Shown: piece after piece, positions 36,347 to 46,461 of the stretch
Layout: the number at the start of each line of letters is the position of its first letter
Numbering within the stretch: position 1 is the first letter of the stretch
DNA from: Dehalococcoidia bacterium
GTDB lineage: Bacteria > Chloroflexota > Dehalococcoidia > Plut-88900
DNA length: 64,000 nt
Assembly (NCBI GenBank): GCA_965207225.1
Contig: CBDBLV010000005.1
Span: 1,536,001 to 1,600,000, forward strand
Direction of reading: 5' to 3'
Position numbers and translations under genes: made by a program
The notes under the pieces: model-generated
Told to the model about the DNA's origin: nothing
Seen by the model: only the letters and a program-made list of their open reading frames with translations
The model's database searches: none

Positions 36347-38007
36347 GACCCCTGGATGAGGAACTGCTCGGCCTTCTATCCCGGATGCCCTTCGTCGATC
36401 GGCTGGAAGCCGCGATTGTCTCGGGCTGGTCGAGGGGGGCGGTATACGGGGCGGTGTCCCACATGAAGGAGACGGGGCTGCTATCAGCGGTTCCGCACGC
36501 CACAGTTCTCACGGCTGCGACCGGCAGGTATTGCCTCACCGCGTCCGGGTTGCACCGGCTGGCAAAACGGGAAGGAATAGCCATTGACGAGTTACTTCGT
36601 TCTCGTCCCGTGTCAGACTGGTGGCGGCGCCTGCTCCTTGAGCGCCTGGACAGCGTGGCCACTATCTACCGGCTGGTCTCCACGGTAACCGACATAGCCC
36701 ATCCCCTAAAGTTCAGGTGGTACAGGGCAATGCCGATGGACGCCGGCCTCTTTCTCCCTGGGGACCGCACCATCGCCGTGGTGCGTCAGGGACACACTTC
36801 CGACAGGACGGGGTTCTCCAAGCGGCTTTGGAGGCTCCGTGAAGCTACCCGACCGGACGGCATTCTCCTTCTGGCGCCCGATGAGACCAGGCTACGCCAT
36901 TCCAGGAGGATCCTGGCGGGAAATTCCGCCCCCTCGTTCCTGGCCGTCGAGACGAAGGTAGCCCTCGCCGGGGCTGATGATCCGGTGTGGTACTTGTCCT
37001 CCGTGAACGCCTCCATAAGTCTCAGAGATGCTATTGACCACATGGGGTGGGGAGGAACCCTCCCGGTTGAAAGGCCGCTCACCCGGATTCGTCCACCCGA
37101 TAAGCTCAGAATTGAAGCGAGGGGCACCAGCACTCCCGACTTCATGCTCCCCGCTCTCCTAAAGCCCACCGAGAAACGCGCCCTCGATGTCGTATCCGAC
37201 TGGCCATGGATCTCACTGGATGAACTGTCGGGGCTGCTGGGCCTGTCCCGTACCCGCGCCAATCACCTCATTTCAGCCCTTGAAACCTTCGGATTGGTGA
37301 CTAGGGTCCCGGCGGGAGGGCGACGCCTCACCATAACCGACCGAGGGCTATCCGTTCTGGCTCGCCGGGACCGGACGTCAGTCGGGTGGGCGAAGACGCG
37401 GTGGAGTTCAGCTCCCAACGATGCCGACAACTGGCGCAGCGTCTCAGGAAGGCGGAGCCGCCAGCTATTACGGAACATGGAGCACACGGAATCCGTCCAC
37501 GCGTTCCTGGCGGCCCTGGCTCAGCAGGCACGGGCGCAGGGCTGGGAAATTCTGCAGCTAGATCCGCCAAAGAGGGCTTCACGATATTTTCGGTATTTCG
37601 GCAGTCTGCGCTCGATCCAGCCTGACGCCTTCGGCATTTTGCGGCGAGGAGGAGTGGTCAGGCCGTTCTTCCTTGAGTGGGAACGCAGGGCCGTGCGTCC
37701 GGGGACAATGGCTGACCGCCTAGCCCCCTATATCCGCTACTACTCCACGCGGCGGCCATTGGACGATCACGGCGTCATGCCTGCCATAATGGTGGTATTG
37801 CACGATGAACTAACGGCGAGCCACTTTCTGAGGGCGGCAAAGCAGGAGATGGAGCAAACTATGACTGCCGTTCCCCTGCTTGTCTCCGACGTGCAACTAT
37901 TGAACCGGGCAGGTCCGTTGCAGCGGGTATGGTCGACTCCGAGCCACGGGAAAGCTGTCACGCTAGTACAGGTGGCGAGACTCTCAATACCCCTTGCGGT
38001 CAGCTAG
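36343..38007 (+). CDS. Replication-relaxation (Replic_Relax) family putative relaxase, duplicated architecture
   Basis: Two wHTH-like modules; C-half MEHT..IQPDAFG..FFLEWER..LAPYIRYY; directly follows coupling protein. Confidence 0.75.
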   Translation: MRPLDEELLGLLSRMPFVDRLEAAIVSGWSRGAVYGAVSHMKETGLLSAVPHATVLTAATGRYCLTASGLHRLAKREGIAIDELLRSRPVSDWWRRLLLERLDSVATIYRLVSTVTDIAHPLKFRWYRAMPMDAGLFLPGDRTIAVVRQGHTSDRTGFSKRLWRLREATRPDGILLLAPDETRLRHSRRILAGNSAPSFLAVETKVALAGADDPVWYLSSVNASISLRDAIDHMGWGGTLPVERPLTRIRPPDKLRIEARGTSTPDFMLPALLKPTEKRALDVVSDWPWISLDELSGLLGLSRTRANHLISALETFGLVTRVPAGGRRLTITDRGLSVLARRDRTSVGWAKTRWSSAPNDADNWRSVSGRRSRQLLRNMEHTESVHAFLAALAQQARAQGWEILQLDPPKRASRYFRYFGSLRSIQPDAFGILRRGGVVRPFFLEWERRAVRPGTMADRLAPYIRYYSTRRPLDDHGVMPAIMVVLHDELTASHFLRAAKQEMEQTMTAVPLLVSDVQLLNRAGPLQRVWSTPSHGKAVTLVQVARLSIPLAVS

Positions 38008-38258
38008 AGGATTGAGTCTGAACCACAAACCTCAGTTCATTGATGCGCCTGATACACTGTCAACAATACTCAAGCCGCCGACGAGGCCCTGTACTAGGTG
38101 TTGAAGCGCCCTTCACTCTGCCGAATTTGCCGCTCTAGGTAGTTCATAGGGCGGTCAGCACCTAGCCTGAATGCTCCTATAGCACTCCGCACAAACGCAT
38201 ACCTCAAGTCGATGGCACACCACCGCAGGACGATCTCAGAGAAAGCCATTGGGAGACC

Positions 38259-38501
38259 ATGAATGCCGACAAGAGGATCAAACGCTCAGCGAACATAGTC
38301 TCCGATCACTTCAGGGCCCGTGCGTATCCCGAAAGCTACCTGCCTTTGTTGACCCAAATCATGTTGATGGAAGGTACCACATTCCACCGGGTCCCGTTGG
38401 TTGACGATGTACGCACGGTTGCCTATGAAGCATTTCGCTTGTCGGTAGATGCTTCGAAGCTCCTGGGCCGGCCAGTGCACCACTCCCGGTCGGTAAACTA
38501 G
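38259..38501 (+). CDS. Small hypothetical protein
   Basis: GGGAG RBS and ATG; no recognisable motif. Confidence 0.35.
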   Translation: MNADKRIKRSANIVSDHFRARAYPESYLPLLTQIMLMEGTTFHRVPLVDDVRTVAYEAFRLSVDASKLLGRPVHHSRSVN

Positions 38502-38583
38502 GCCTGCCGCATGGCCCTCGGGCTTCAACGGGACGAAGAAGTCTCTAGAATGGAATAACTGCCTAAGAAGGAACTACCAAGCC

Positions 38584-39330
38584 GTGATAATGAATAAACT
38601 CTTTCAACAGCTGCAGGCAGCATCTCTTGGTGTCTGTGCTGTGTCGCTGGACCAGAGGATCGTGTTCTGGAACCGCAAAGCGGAGCGTATCCTGGGCCTC
38701 TTGTCTCGGGATGTGGTGGGTCGCAGGTGTAACGACGTGATGAAGGGACACGAGTCGTGCGGCCTCACGCCCGAGTGTGCAAACGGCTGCTCGTCAATGC
38801 GCTACCTGCGCTCCGGCTTGATCCCGCCGCCGACCCAGGCAAGAATGGTGACCTCCTCCGGCCAGCGCAAGTGGGTGTCCATCAACCCCGCGGTGGTCTC
38901 CACCCCGCTAGAGGGCGGCCCGTTCCTGCTCTATCTCTTCGCGGAGATAGGGGAGACGGAAGTCTCTCATTCCGCCCACGACGCTGCCAGCGCTTTTGAC
39001 CACGATGAGGGCTCCAATATTGGGGAATGCTTACTGGAATCGCGACCGGATGGGAGAGAGGGAGCATTTCTGTCCCGGCGTGAGCAGGAAGTGCTGCGCC
39101 TCGTGGCCTTGGGCTGGGAGACGACACGGATTGCCAACCAGCTCAACATCAGCCAATACACGGTCCGTAACCACATCCGCAACCTGCGCAACAAGCTGAG
39201 CGCATCCACAAAGCTGGATGCTGTGGTCAAAGGCCTTCGCTTGGGCATCATCTCTGTCGGGAGCCCTGCCCAGTACCAGTCCTTTCTTACGTGTGTATCG
39301 CTTGGGCTCTGCCGACGAGGTGGTTCCTGA
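38584..39330 (+). CDS. PAS-domain LuxR family regulator
   Basis: IVFWNRKAERILG..VVGRRC (PAS); LSRREQEVLRLVALG..TVRNHIRN (LuxR HTH). Confidence 0.92.
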   Translation: MIMNKLFQQLQAASLGVCAVSLDQRIVFWNRKAERILGLLSRDVVGRRCNDVMKGHESCGLTPECANGCSSMRYLRSGLIPPPTQARMVTSSGQRKWVSINPAVVSTPLEGGPFLLYLFAEIGETEVSHSAHDAASAFDHDEGSNIGECLLESRPDGREGAFLSRREQEVLRLVALGWETTRIANQLNISQYTVRNHIRNLRNKLSASTKLDAVVKGLRLGIISVGSPAQYQSFLTCVSLGLCRRGGS

Positions 39331-39374
39331 TTCGTGCTGAGAGCTCCCGAGGACGTCCAATATGGGGACCTGCA

Positions 39375-39572
39375 ATGGAGAGTCTTCCAATGCTTTTCCT
39401 CTTTACTCCGCTCATCGTCCTTACGATGTTGGCCGTCAACGCGCTCGGATTTGGCGAAACCTGGGTGGCGGTATCTGGCGTAGTGATGGCTCTCATGTTC
39501 AGCAGTACGATTTCGGAGCCTGTCAGGCAATTCGTTCTTGATCTAGGGAATCTCTCTACAGATCGCAATTAG
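39375..39572 (+). CDS. Small two-TM protein
   Basis: Hydrophobic 65-aa ORF. Confidence 0.4.
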   Translation: MESLPMLFLFTPLIVLTMLAVNALGFGETWVAVSGVVMALMFSSTISEPVRQFVLDLGNLSTDRN

Positions 39573-39593
39573 CCTACTGGAGGCGCATCGAGC

Positions 39594-40508
39594 ATGACAT
39601 TAAACTGGGAACAAAGTAAGAGTGGACTCTTCACCCCGACCGATGTCCCGTCTCCGCCTAATGGTTTGCCTATTCCCCCTACTGATGCTCCTGTGGTCCA
39701 ATTTCTTCTAGAAAATCTCATCACAGATTGGTCCATTAATAACTGGGAAACCGTGTGGTATTCACCAATCTACGAGGACGTGTCAAACGTCTGGTCCGTG
39801 ACAATGAAGGGCATAGACATCCTGAGGGCTGACGGATTCGCCAATACTGGTAAGGCGATCGTGGTGTCCCAGATGATGGCCAGGGGACTCTCACTGACCA
39901 GGACAGCCTGCTGGGCAATGGCCGTCGGAAGTCCTATGGATGCATTGGCTTGCTACAGGATGCTATATGACCGGGCGTTGACACTCCAATTGCTGGACAG
40001 GAAGGCGCAGTATCAAGAGTTCGAGAAGTACTGCTGGGCAGAGGCCTACTTCTGGCTCTCCGATGCGGCGTCTTTGCAGCTATGGCGTACACAAGCCACC
40101 CGGCAAGAGATTCAGTCCCACAAGGATAGACAAACGAAGATTAGGAAAAAATACTTTGGCGGTCTTGTACCCAAGAGGCCGGGTACATACTGGAACCCCC
40201 CAAGGTCAGAGGAGTTGGTGGAAGGATTCTCGCTTCATCCCCTCGGATTGTCAGAACCAAAGAACAGCGAGCTTCTAAAGGCAATGAAACGGCTATACGA
40301 GCTCGGGAGCAAAGCCGTTCACCCCAGGATAGGGGATATGGTGGAGACCGAGGAGCTCGGTTGGTCCCCAGACTCGAAGGAGTGCATGGACCTCATTCTA
40401 ATGGCCCTAACTTCTCTGACCACATTCGGTCTTTCCCGCTTCTCCAAAACTGAATTCCTGGCGAGAAGGATTGCAGCCCTGGCCGTCAGCCACAGCAAAA
40501 GAACCTAG
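39594..40508 (+). CDS. DUF5677-like hypothetical protein
   Basis: ALACYRMLYDR..LYELGSKAVHP pattern; GGAGG RBS. Confidence 0.55.
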   Translation: MTLNWEQSKSGLFTPTDVPSPPNGLPIPPTDAPVVQFLLENLITDWSINNWETVWYSPIYEDVSNVWSVTMKGIDILRADGFANTGKAIVVSQMMARGLSLTRTACWAMAVGSPMDALACYRMLYDRALTLQLLDRKAQYQEFEKYCWAEAYFWLSDAASLQLWRTQATRQEIQSHKDRQTKIRKKYFGGLVPKRPGTYWNPPRSEELVEGFSLHPLGLSEPKNSELLKAMKRLYELGSKAVHPRIGDMVETEELGWSPDSKECMDLILMALTSLTTFGLSRFSKTEFLARRIAALAVSHSKRT

Positions 40509-40524
40509 AAGCCAGGAGGTCACT

Positions 40525-42282
40525 GTGTATCAGACTGGCGACACCATCAAGAAGACCCTCGACGAGATATACAGGCATGACCTTGTACTGCCCGCCATCC
40601 AACGTGAGTTCGTCTGGCAGCCCGAGCAGATATGTCGCCTCTTCGATAGCCTCATGCAGGGTTACCCATTTGGCACCTTTCTCTACTGGCGTGTTGCTCC
40701 CGAGAACAGTGGCAAGTTCAAGTTCTTCGACTTCGTTCGCAACTACCACCAGCGCGACAATCCCCACTGCCCACCTCTCCCTGAAATGCCGAACCGGCAG
40801 CTGACTGCAGTGCTCGACGGACAGCAGCGTCTGACTGCTCTCAATATCGGGCTTCGAGGAAGCATCGCACGGAAGTTGCCTTACAGGTGGTGGAACAGTC
40901 CCGGTGCCTTCCCCACGAGGAGGCTGTACCTGGACCTCCTGTGGCAGCCGGACGAAGATGACGAGGATGGGTTGAGGTATCGGTTCAGTTTTCTGACTGA
41001 CGAGCAGTCCAGTGATTCCCAGGGCGATGTGTGTTGGTTTCCGGTGGGGGAAGTCCTATCCCTAAAGAACGCCGGCCCTGCCATGAGCCAGTGGCTCAAC
41101 GAAAGGCTCCCACAGGAACAGGTGACGCCCGCCTTCGAAGCGCTCTACCAACTCTACGAGGTCGTGCACAGTAAGCATCTCGTTGCCTACTACGAGGAGA
41201 CAGGGCAAGAGTTGGATAAGGCCCTACAGATCTTCATCCGCATGAACGACGGGGGAACGCCTCTCTCTCATTCCGACCTGTTGCTATCCATTGCCATAGC
41301 TCAGTGGACCGACCACGACGCCCGGCAGGAGATTCACGACCTGGTCGATGAACTGAACCACATTGGTGTTGGATTCACTTTCTCCAAGGACCTCGTTCTC
41401 AAGGCCGGTCTAATGCTGAGCGACATTGGCAGGGTCGGGTTCAAAGTGGACAACTTCAACCGGGAGAACATGCACACCTTCGAGAGCAAATGGGACAACA
41501 TCAAGCGGGCTCTCATGCTGACCGTCCAGCTGGTGTCCTCTTTTGGATTCACCGGGCACAGCCTGACGGCCCACAACTCGATTCTGCCCATCGCCTACTA
41601 TCTCTATGCGAAAGACCCAGGGGACTCATTCCTTACCAACAGCAGATTTGAGCAGGACAGAAAGAGAATCCATCAATGGCTTATCAGGAGCCTGCTCAAG
41701 TCAGGCGTCTGGGGCAGTGGGTTGGACACACTCCTTACTGACCTGAGACGAGCCATCAGCCGGAGTGGCACGGGAGCATTTCCCGTCGACAGTATTCGTG
41801 AAGCGATGGCAAGGAGGGGAAGACAGTTGGTCTTCGACGACGAAGAGATTGAGGACCTCGCAGACATGCGGTACGGGGACAGGTTGACCTTCGCGCTGCT
41901 GTCATTGCTCTTCCCATTCGTTGATCTGCGAAATCAGTTCCACGTAGACCACATCTTCCCGGCGGCAAGGTTCACCGATAGCAAGTTGAGGGGTGACAGT
42001 GTTCCAGACGAAAAGATAGGCGCCTTCAAGGACATGAAGGACCGACTAGCCAATCTCCAACTGCTCCAGGGAGCCCTGAACATCGAAAAGAATGCGACTA
42101 TGCCTGCCGAGTGGCTGGCACAGACGCATAGCAACGAGACTTCCAGGCGTGAATATGAAGAGCGACATCTTCTGGGCCATGTACCTGACTCGATTGGACA
42201 ATTCGACAGTTTCTACGACAAGAGGAGAGAACGGCTGAAGGACAGAATAAGACAACTTCTGGGTAGGCATGCGCCACTGTGA
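40525..42282 (+). CDS. GmrSD-like DUF262 + HNH (DUF1524-like) restriction endonuclease
   Basis: LPAIQREFVW, LDGQQRLT, FIRMNDGG; C-terminal HVDHIFP..LANLQLL..N. Confidence 0.88.
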   Translation: MYQTGDTIKKTLDEIYRHDLVLPAIQREFVWQPEQICRLFDSLMQGYPFGTFLYWRVAPENSGKFKFFDFVRNYHQRDNPHCPPLPEMPNRQLTAVLDGQQRLTALNIGLRGSIARKLPYRWWNSPGAFPTRRLYLDLLWQPDEDDEDGLRYRFSFLTDEQSSDSQGDVCWFPVGEVLSLKNAGPAMSQWLNERLPQEQVTPAFEALYQLYEVVHSKHLVAYYEETGQELDKALQIFIRMNDGGTPLSHSDLLLSIAIAQWTDHDARQEIHDLVDELNHIGVGFTFSKDLVLKAGLMLSDIGRVGFKVDNFNRENMHTFESKWDNIKRALMLTVQLVSSFGFTGHSLTAHNSILPIAYYLYAKDPGDSFLTNSRFEQDRKRIHQWLIRSLLKSGVWGSGLDTLLTDLRRAISRSGTGAFPVDSIREAMARRGRQLVFDDEEIEDLADMRYGDRLTFALLSLLFPFVDLRNQFHVDHIFPAARFTDSKLRGDSVPDEKIGAFKDMKDRLANLQLLQGALNIEKNATMPAEWLAQTHSNETSRREYEERHLLGHVPDSIGQFDSFYDKRRERLKDRIRQLLGRHAPL

Positions 42283-42506
42283 ATGGATGGTGCGATGCCG
42301 GCTACGCACTGGTCGGAGGACTTGTAGCCACATGTACGAATCAGGGGTGTAGTCGCCTTCCCATATTCTGTCCAGGGTGCGGCCGGGAAGACCCCATGAT
42401 GCTCAGGCACGTGGCCCGGAAGCTGGCCCACAACAGAGCCCAAAGGCGCGAATATGAGAGGTTGTGCATTTCTGCCGACCCGGAAATTCGTCACTACTTC
42501 AACTAG
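42279..42506 (+). CDS. Small Cys-rich hypothetical protein
   Basis: GTGA overlap with upstream stop; C-x4-C and CPGC. Confidence 0.4.
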   Translation: MNGWCDAGYALVGGLVATCTNQGCSRLPIFCPGCGREDPMMLRHVARKLAHNRAQRREYERLCISADPEIRHYFN

Positions 42507-42696
42507 GGCCCACTAGACGACTGAGAGTTAGAGCTGGTACGGGAAGACACTGACTAACTGTTGAGATGATTCAGCGAGCGCGGTGGCGGCTGAGTTGTCA
42601 TTTGGCCGACGGAAACAGGTATATAATTGCCAAATAATATGTTGCAGGTAGATGTGAGCGAGTTGGGAGTTAGCGCCAGGTAAGCGAGGATACGAA

Positions 42697-43377
42697 TTGG
42701 CAGAGGCGAGTTTACTTGCAACATGTCTAGCCTTTGACGAGTTGGATTCCGGTTCCGACATTGACCGAGCTTTCGCCATTGGCTACAGATTTCAAGATGC
42801 GCTCGGTGAGCGATGGACCCAGCGATTTTCCAGATTCAAAGCAGGCAGCCAGAAATCAGTGAGGGCCGGTGCACATCTTCTGGGTCTAGCAACACCAAGG
42901 ATCTTGGCCGAACTTGACCTCGGTGGCAAAGGCGTAACTTTCGTCCCGGCACTGTCGTCTGGTGAGACCGTTGCTTTAGAAAAACGAGTGCTTCCCGCAA
43001 TAGCGCAGTGGTGTGCCAAGAAATGTGAAGCTGAGTTTACGCTTGATCTGCTCAGGAAAAAGCCTCACGCAAAGTTGCATAGTCAGAAGAGAACCGCTGA
43101 AGAACGAGAAGCTATACTTTCGTCCGCTGAATACATGTCCGATTCGGTAGCCACGTCCAGCGTATTCGTCGTTGACGACTTCATTACAAGAGGCTCAACA
43201 CTTTGTGCGATAGCCAGCGCGATCAAACAAAATAACCCTGGAGTTACTGTCTACGGGTTGGCTCTCGCCAAGAACGACCGCCAGAGTTTTCTAGTTGACT
43301 ACGGTCACGAGTATCACACGAATGAACACATACCATCCGAGTGGGATGAAATCTGGACGAGGTATGAGCAGTCATGA
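42697..43377 (+). CDS. Phosphoribosyltransferase (ComF-like)
   Basis: VFVVDDFITRGSTL PRPP loop; VYGLALAK. Confidence 0.85.
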   Translation: MAEASLLATCLAFDELDSGSDIDRAFAIGYRFQDALGERWTQRFSRFKAGSQKSVRAGAHLLGLATPRILAELDLGGKGVTFVPALSSGETVALEKRVLPAIAQWCAKKCEAEFTLDLLRKKPHAKLHSQKRTAEEREAILSSAEYMSDSVATSSVFVVDDFITRGSTLCAIASAIKQNNPGVTVYGLALAKNDRQSFLVDYGHEYHTNEHIPSEWDEIWTRYEQS

Positions 43378-44351
43378 ACACGACATTCTATAGCGCACCT
43401 TCGGTGGAAGTCGCTCAGGTCTTGCTCTCCCTCTCGAGATTGAAGGGGATGAGGAATCGAAAGGCTTTGGATCTCTTTAGCGAGGTGGCTGACAGACTAG
43501 GTCATCTCGATCCCCGCGAGGTGTTCATGTCTCTGGCCTCCGAGCACGTCGAATACACAGATGGTCATGAAGAAGCCTGGACCAACAGCGTGCGCTGGCT
43601 AGCGGAAAGCCAAGACGCAGGCCTTGAAGCCATTCCGTTTTTTGACCAACGCTATCCCAAGCGGTTGCGGAATATCGATGACCCCCCTGCTGTGCTCTTC
43701 GCTAAAGGCCGTATTGAAGCTCTGAATACTGCTAGGAGTGTTGCGATAGTCGGAACACGCAACCCAACCCAGTTCGGGGAACGGGCCGCGCAGAAGGCTG
43801 GAAGGTCTGCGGCGGAGTTGGGAGTAGTTGTGGTAAGTGGACTTGCTTTGGGCTGCGATGCCAGTGCTCACGAAGGTTGTGTCGAGGGCGAGGGTGTCGG
43901 CGTAGCAGTTCTGGCGCATGGGCTTGACAGGGTTTACCCAGCGGCGAATCGTGATCTAGCGGAGCAGATTCTTGACTGTGGGGGATGTCTCGTCAGTGAG
44001 TTGCCGATTGGTGTGAAGCCGGCGCGTTGGACTTTTGCATATCGGGATAGGATACAGAGCGGTCTTTCTGACGGTGTACTGGTGATCGAAACAGATGTAA
44101 AGGGTGGTACTATGCATACCGTCGAATTCTCTCGGAAGCAACGACGGTCGCTGGCCTGCATTGAACACCCACATCAACTCCGTCATGAGGTTCAGGCTCA
44201 GGGGAATCAAAAGCTGATCAATCAAGGAGCAGCGATCCCTATAGCCGACCAGACAGCCCTCAGCCGCTTTCTGGCTGGCATTGAAGCGCCGACCCTGAAG
44301 AAACAACGGGCGGGACCCAAGGCGGCCGCAGAGCAATTGCGTCTGGTCTAG
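43374..44351 (+). CDS. dprA: DprA/Smf (SLOG) family protein
   Basis: YPKRLRNIDDPPAVLF, VAIVGTR, VSGLALGCD..AH, RDRIQSGLS, GGTMHT. Confidence 0.92.
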   Translation: MNTTFYSAPSVEVAQVLLSLSRLKGMRNRKALDLFSEVADRLGHLDPREVFMSLASEHVEYTDGHEEAWTNSVRWLAESQDAGLEAIPFFDQRYPKRLRNIDDPPAVLFAKGRIEALNTARSVAIVGTRNPTQFGERAAQKAGRSAAELGVVVVSGLALGCDASAHEGCVEGEGVGVAVLAHGLDRVYPAANRDLAEQILDCGGCLVSELPIGVKPARWTFAYRDRIQSGLSDGVLVIETDVKGGTMHTVEFSRKQRRSLACIEHPHQLRHEVQAQGNQKLINQGAAIPIADQTALSRFLAGIEAPTLKKQRAGPKAAAEQLRLV

Positions 44352-44359
44352 TTCGTGCA

Positions 44360-44872
44360 ATGGTGATATTCGACTTCGACCAAACACTGGTTGACACGAG
44401 TTCGTTAGCCTCCCTAAGGACATCCCGCAGATGGTCTGAGGTAAACAGGAGAGCCAAGAGCCTAAGTCCTTACCCAGGTATCACGGAACTGCTTCAAGAC
44501 CTGGCTAAATGGAACCAGAGCATAGCGATCGTAACAACTAGTCCAAGTATGGTTGCGGAAGGTTTTGCAGCCAGACATGGCTGGCCCATCGACTCGGTAA
44601 TCGGTTTCCACCAGGTCAGTCGCCGAAAGCCAGACCCAGAGGGCCTTCTGCTGGCGCTTGACCGCAGCAATGCTGAGGCCCCTACGTCGTTCCACGTAGG
44701 AGACAGACCCGAAGACACCGTAGCTTCCAATCGAGCCGGCGTCGTCGCCATTGGAGCTGGCTGGGGATGCGAGGATACTGAACAGTTGAGAGAATCCTGC
44801 CCCGACTACCTGTTCATGTCAGTAGACGAGTTGCATGCATTCTTTGAAGATGCACTGCGGGATCAAGTGTAG
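44360..44872 (+). CDS. HAD family phosphatase
   Basis: IFDFDQTLVD, KPDPE, VGDRPED. Confidence 0.9.
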   Translation: MVIFDFDQTLVDTSSLASLRTSRRWSEVNRRAKSLSPYPGITELLQDLAKWNQSIAIVTTSPSMVAEGFAARHGWPIDSVIGFHQVSRRKPDPEGLLLALDRSNAEAPTSFHVGDRPEDTVASNRAGVVAIGAGWGCEDTEQLRESCPDYLFMSVDELHAFFEDALRDQV

Positions 44873-45035
44873 TCATGACCAATCTCAAGTACTTTGATTG
44901 GTTGAACTAACCCACACGTGAACATGAACAAAAGATTGAAATTACATAAAATTTCCCCCAAGACTCCTTGGCAATGCCAACCGACGGAACAATCTATAGG
45001 TGGGCGGACCGGCGGGAAAATGAGAGGAGACGAAA

Positions 45036-45362
45036 ATGGCTGTCATTGCCAAATCAGATTTCCGGGATGAGAACGGACTCCCTGTGGACGTATCGCCGTT
45101 GGATTTAAGCAGCCTCGTTGTTCCCATACAAGGCAACAAAGATCGTTGGGTTGGAGTACTTCTCGGCATCGCTCACAGTGAACTACTAGCCCGCGCTGTT
45201 CAAAGATACGTGAAGGTAAGCGACGAATGGTCGGAGAAGAAAGACGACCATTCTCTTGCGCAAGAACGTCGCCTCGCTTTCATAGAGGTGCTACGGTCTA
45301 TTTCCGGAGGTTGCGATACCTTAGCACTACATGTGGAAGACAGTTACGAGCAGACAGCATGA
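45036..45362 (+). CDS. Hypothetical protein
   Basis: GAGGAG RBS; 108 aa. Confidence 0.55.
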   Translation: MAVIAKSDFRDENGLPVDVSPLDLSSLVVPIQGNKDRWVGVLLGIAHSELLARAVQRYVKVSDEWSEKKDDHSLAQERRLAFIEVLRSISGGCDTLALHVEDSYEQTA

Positions 45363-45707
45363 GCTGCCGGGCGGCGTGGGTAAGAGGTATGTAATTCCCA
45401 AGAAGATAGTGTCTCGGATAGTCCCTCTCGTTGTGCTCATGGTCGTGTTCTTGGCTTCAGCCTTCAGGAACTGGATCCAGGTCGATAGGCCATAGCCTGC
45501 GAATCCCCGCCTCTCCTGCCACAGCAGGCCCTGTATCAGTCTTAACCGAGTTTGTGGCCGTTTACCAAAGGTGATCGGGCATCCTGGTGACACCCCTAAT
45601 GTCCCCCGCAAGGACATGATCTGTGCATCCACTCGAACCCTGCCGTCGAGCATGTGTGCCCGACAGGGTTGTGCTGGAGATGCCTTCACTCAAACTGAGG
45701 AATACAG

Positions 45708-46115
45708 ATGAATGAAGAGAAGAGTGAGCGTATCGTAGGCGAGAAAGAGATCATGGGAAGCCTTGTGGCTGCCAGATCAGTGCTGGAGAGCGCACTGAAT
45801 CTGTTGACGCGCGAGCAGTTGCAATTCTTGCATGAGGTTGAAGCGGGCACCCTCAATGACTTACGTGCACTGTGGGGTGGGCGGACGCCTGAAGACTTCA
45901 GATCCGGCATCTTAGAAGAGTATGACCGCCTCATGTTCAGGCTTCGTCATAAAGTGCATCTTCTTGATACTGGCCAGAGGGAATCGCGACACAGTGATGC
46001 GACCGACCGGCAATTATTCTGCCGTAAGTGTGAGATGCCGGCAGTGCCTCCTCTCGACCTTGCCAATTCGAGATGCCCGAAGTGTGGAGGTGACGAATTC
46101 CTTGAACTTATCTAG
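45708..46115 (+). CDS. Hypothetical protein with C-terminal Zn ribbon
   Basis: GAGG RBS; CRKC..CPKCGG. Confidence 0.6.
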   Translation: MNEEKSERIVGEKEIMGSLVAARSVLESALNLLTREQLQFLHEVEAGTLNDLRALWGGRTPEDFRSGILEEYDRLMFRLRHKVHLLDTGQRESRHSDATDRQLFCRKCEMPAVPPLDLANSRCPKCGGDEFLELI

Positions 46116-46249
46116 CGTCACGATTCCTCCGAGGCCCACCCAAGTTGGGGGGAATTGATACAGCACTCGGGGTAGACATCACTAGACGGCCGCCACTCAA
46201 TTCGCTCATGACGAGAGTATGACGTTGTCATACATTTCGAGGTAAGAGA

Positions 46250-46447
46250 GTGCCCACGACCCGGAAGGCCATCACCTTCTCCATGCCCCCGGAGATGGCG
46301 GAGCAGGTGCAACAGGTGGTGAAGGAGGAAGGCCGCGCCATGAGCGAGTTCCTCCGTGACTGCATCCGCCTGTAAATGGAGGAGCGGGAGTGGCTGCGGC
46401 AGGAGCGCCGCCAACGGGCGAATGCCCGCAGGAACGGCCAGGAATGA
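46250..46447 (+). pseudogene. CopG/ribbon-helix-helix regulator pseudogene
   Basis: RKAITFSMPPEM..SEFLRDCIRL*MEERE; in-frame TAA at 46373. Confidence 0.7.
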
Positions 46448-46461
46448 GTAAGAAGAATAAC

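Noticed and set aside
43374-44351. Chromosomal natural-competence dprA locus
   Set aside because: Lies in island cargo coupled to PRTase and HAD genes, lacking the usual competence context
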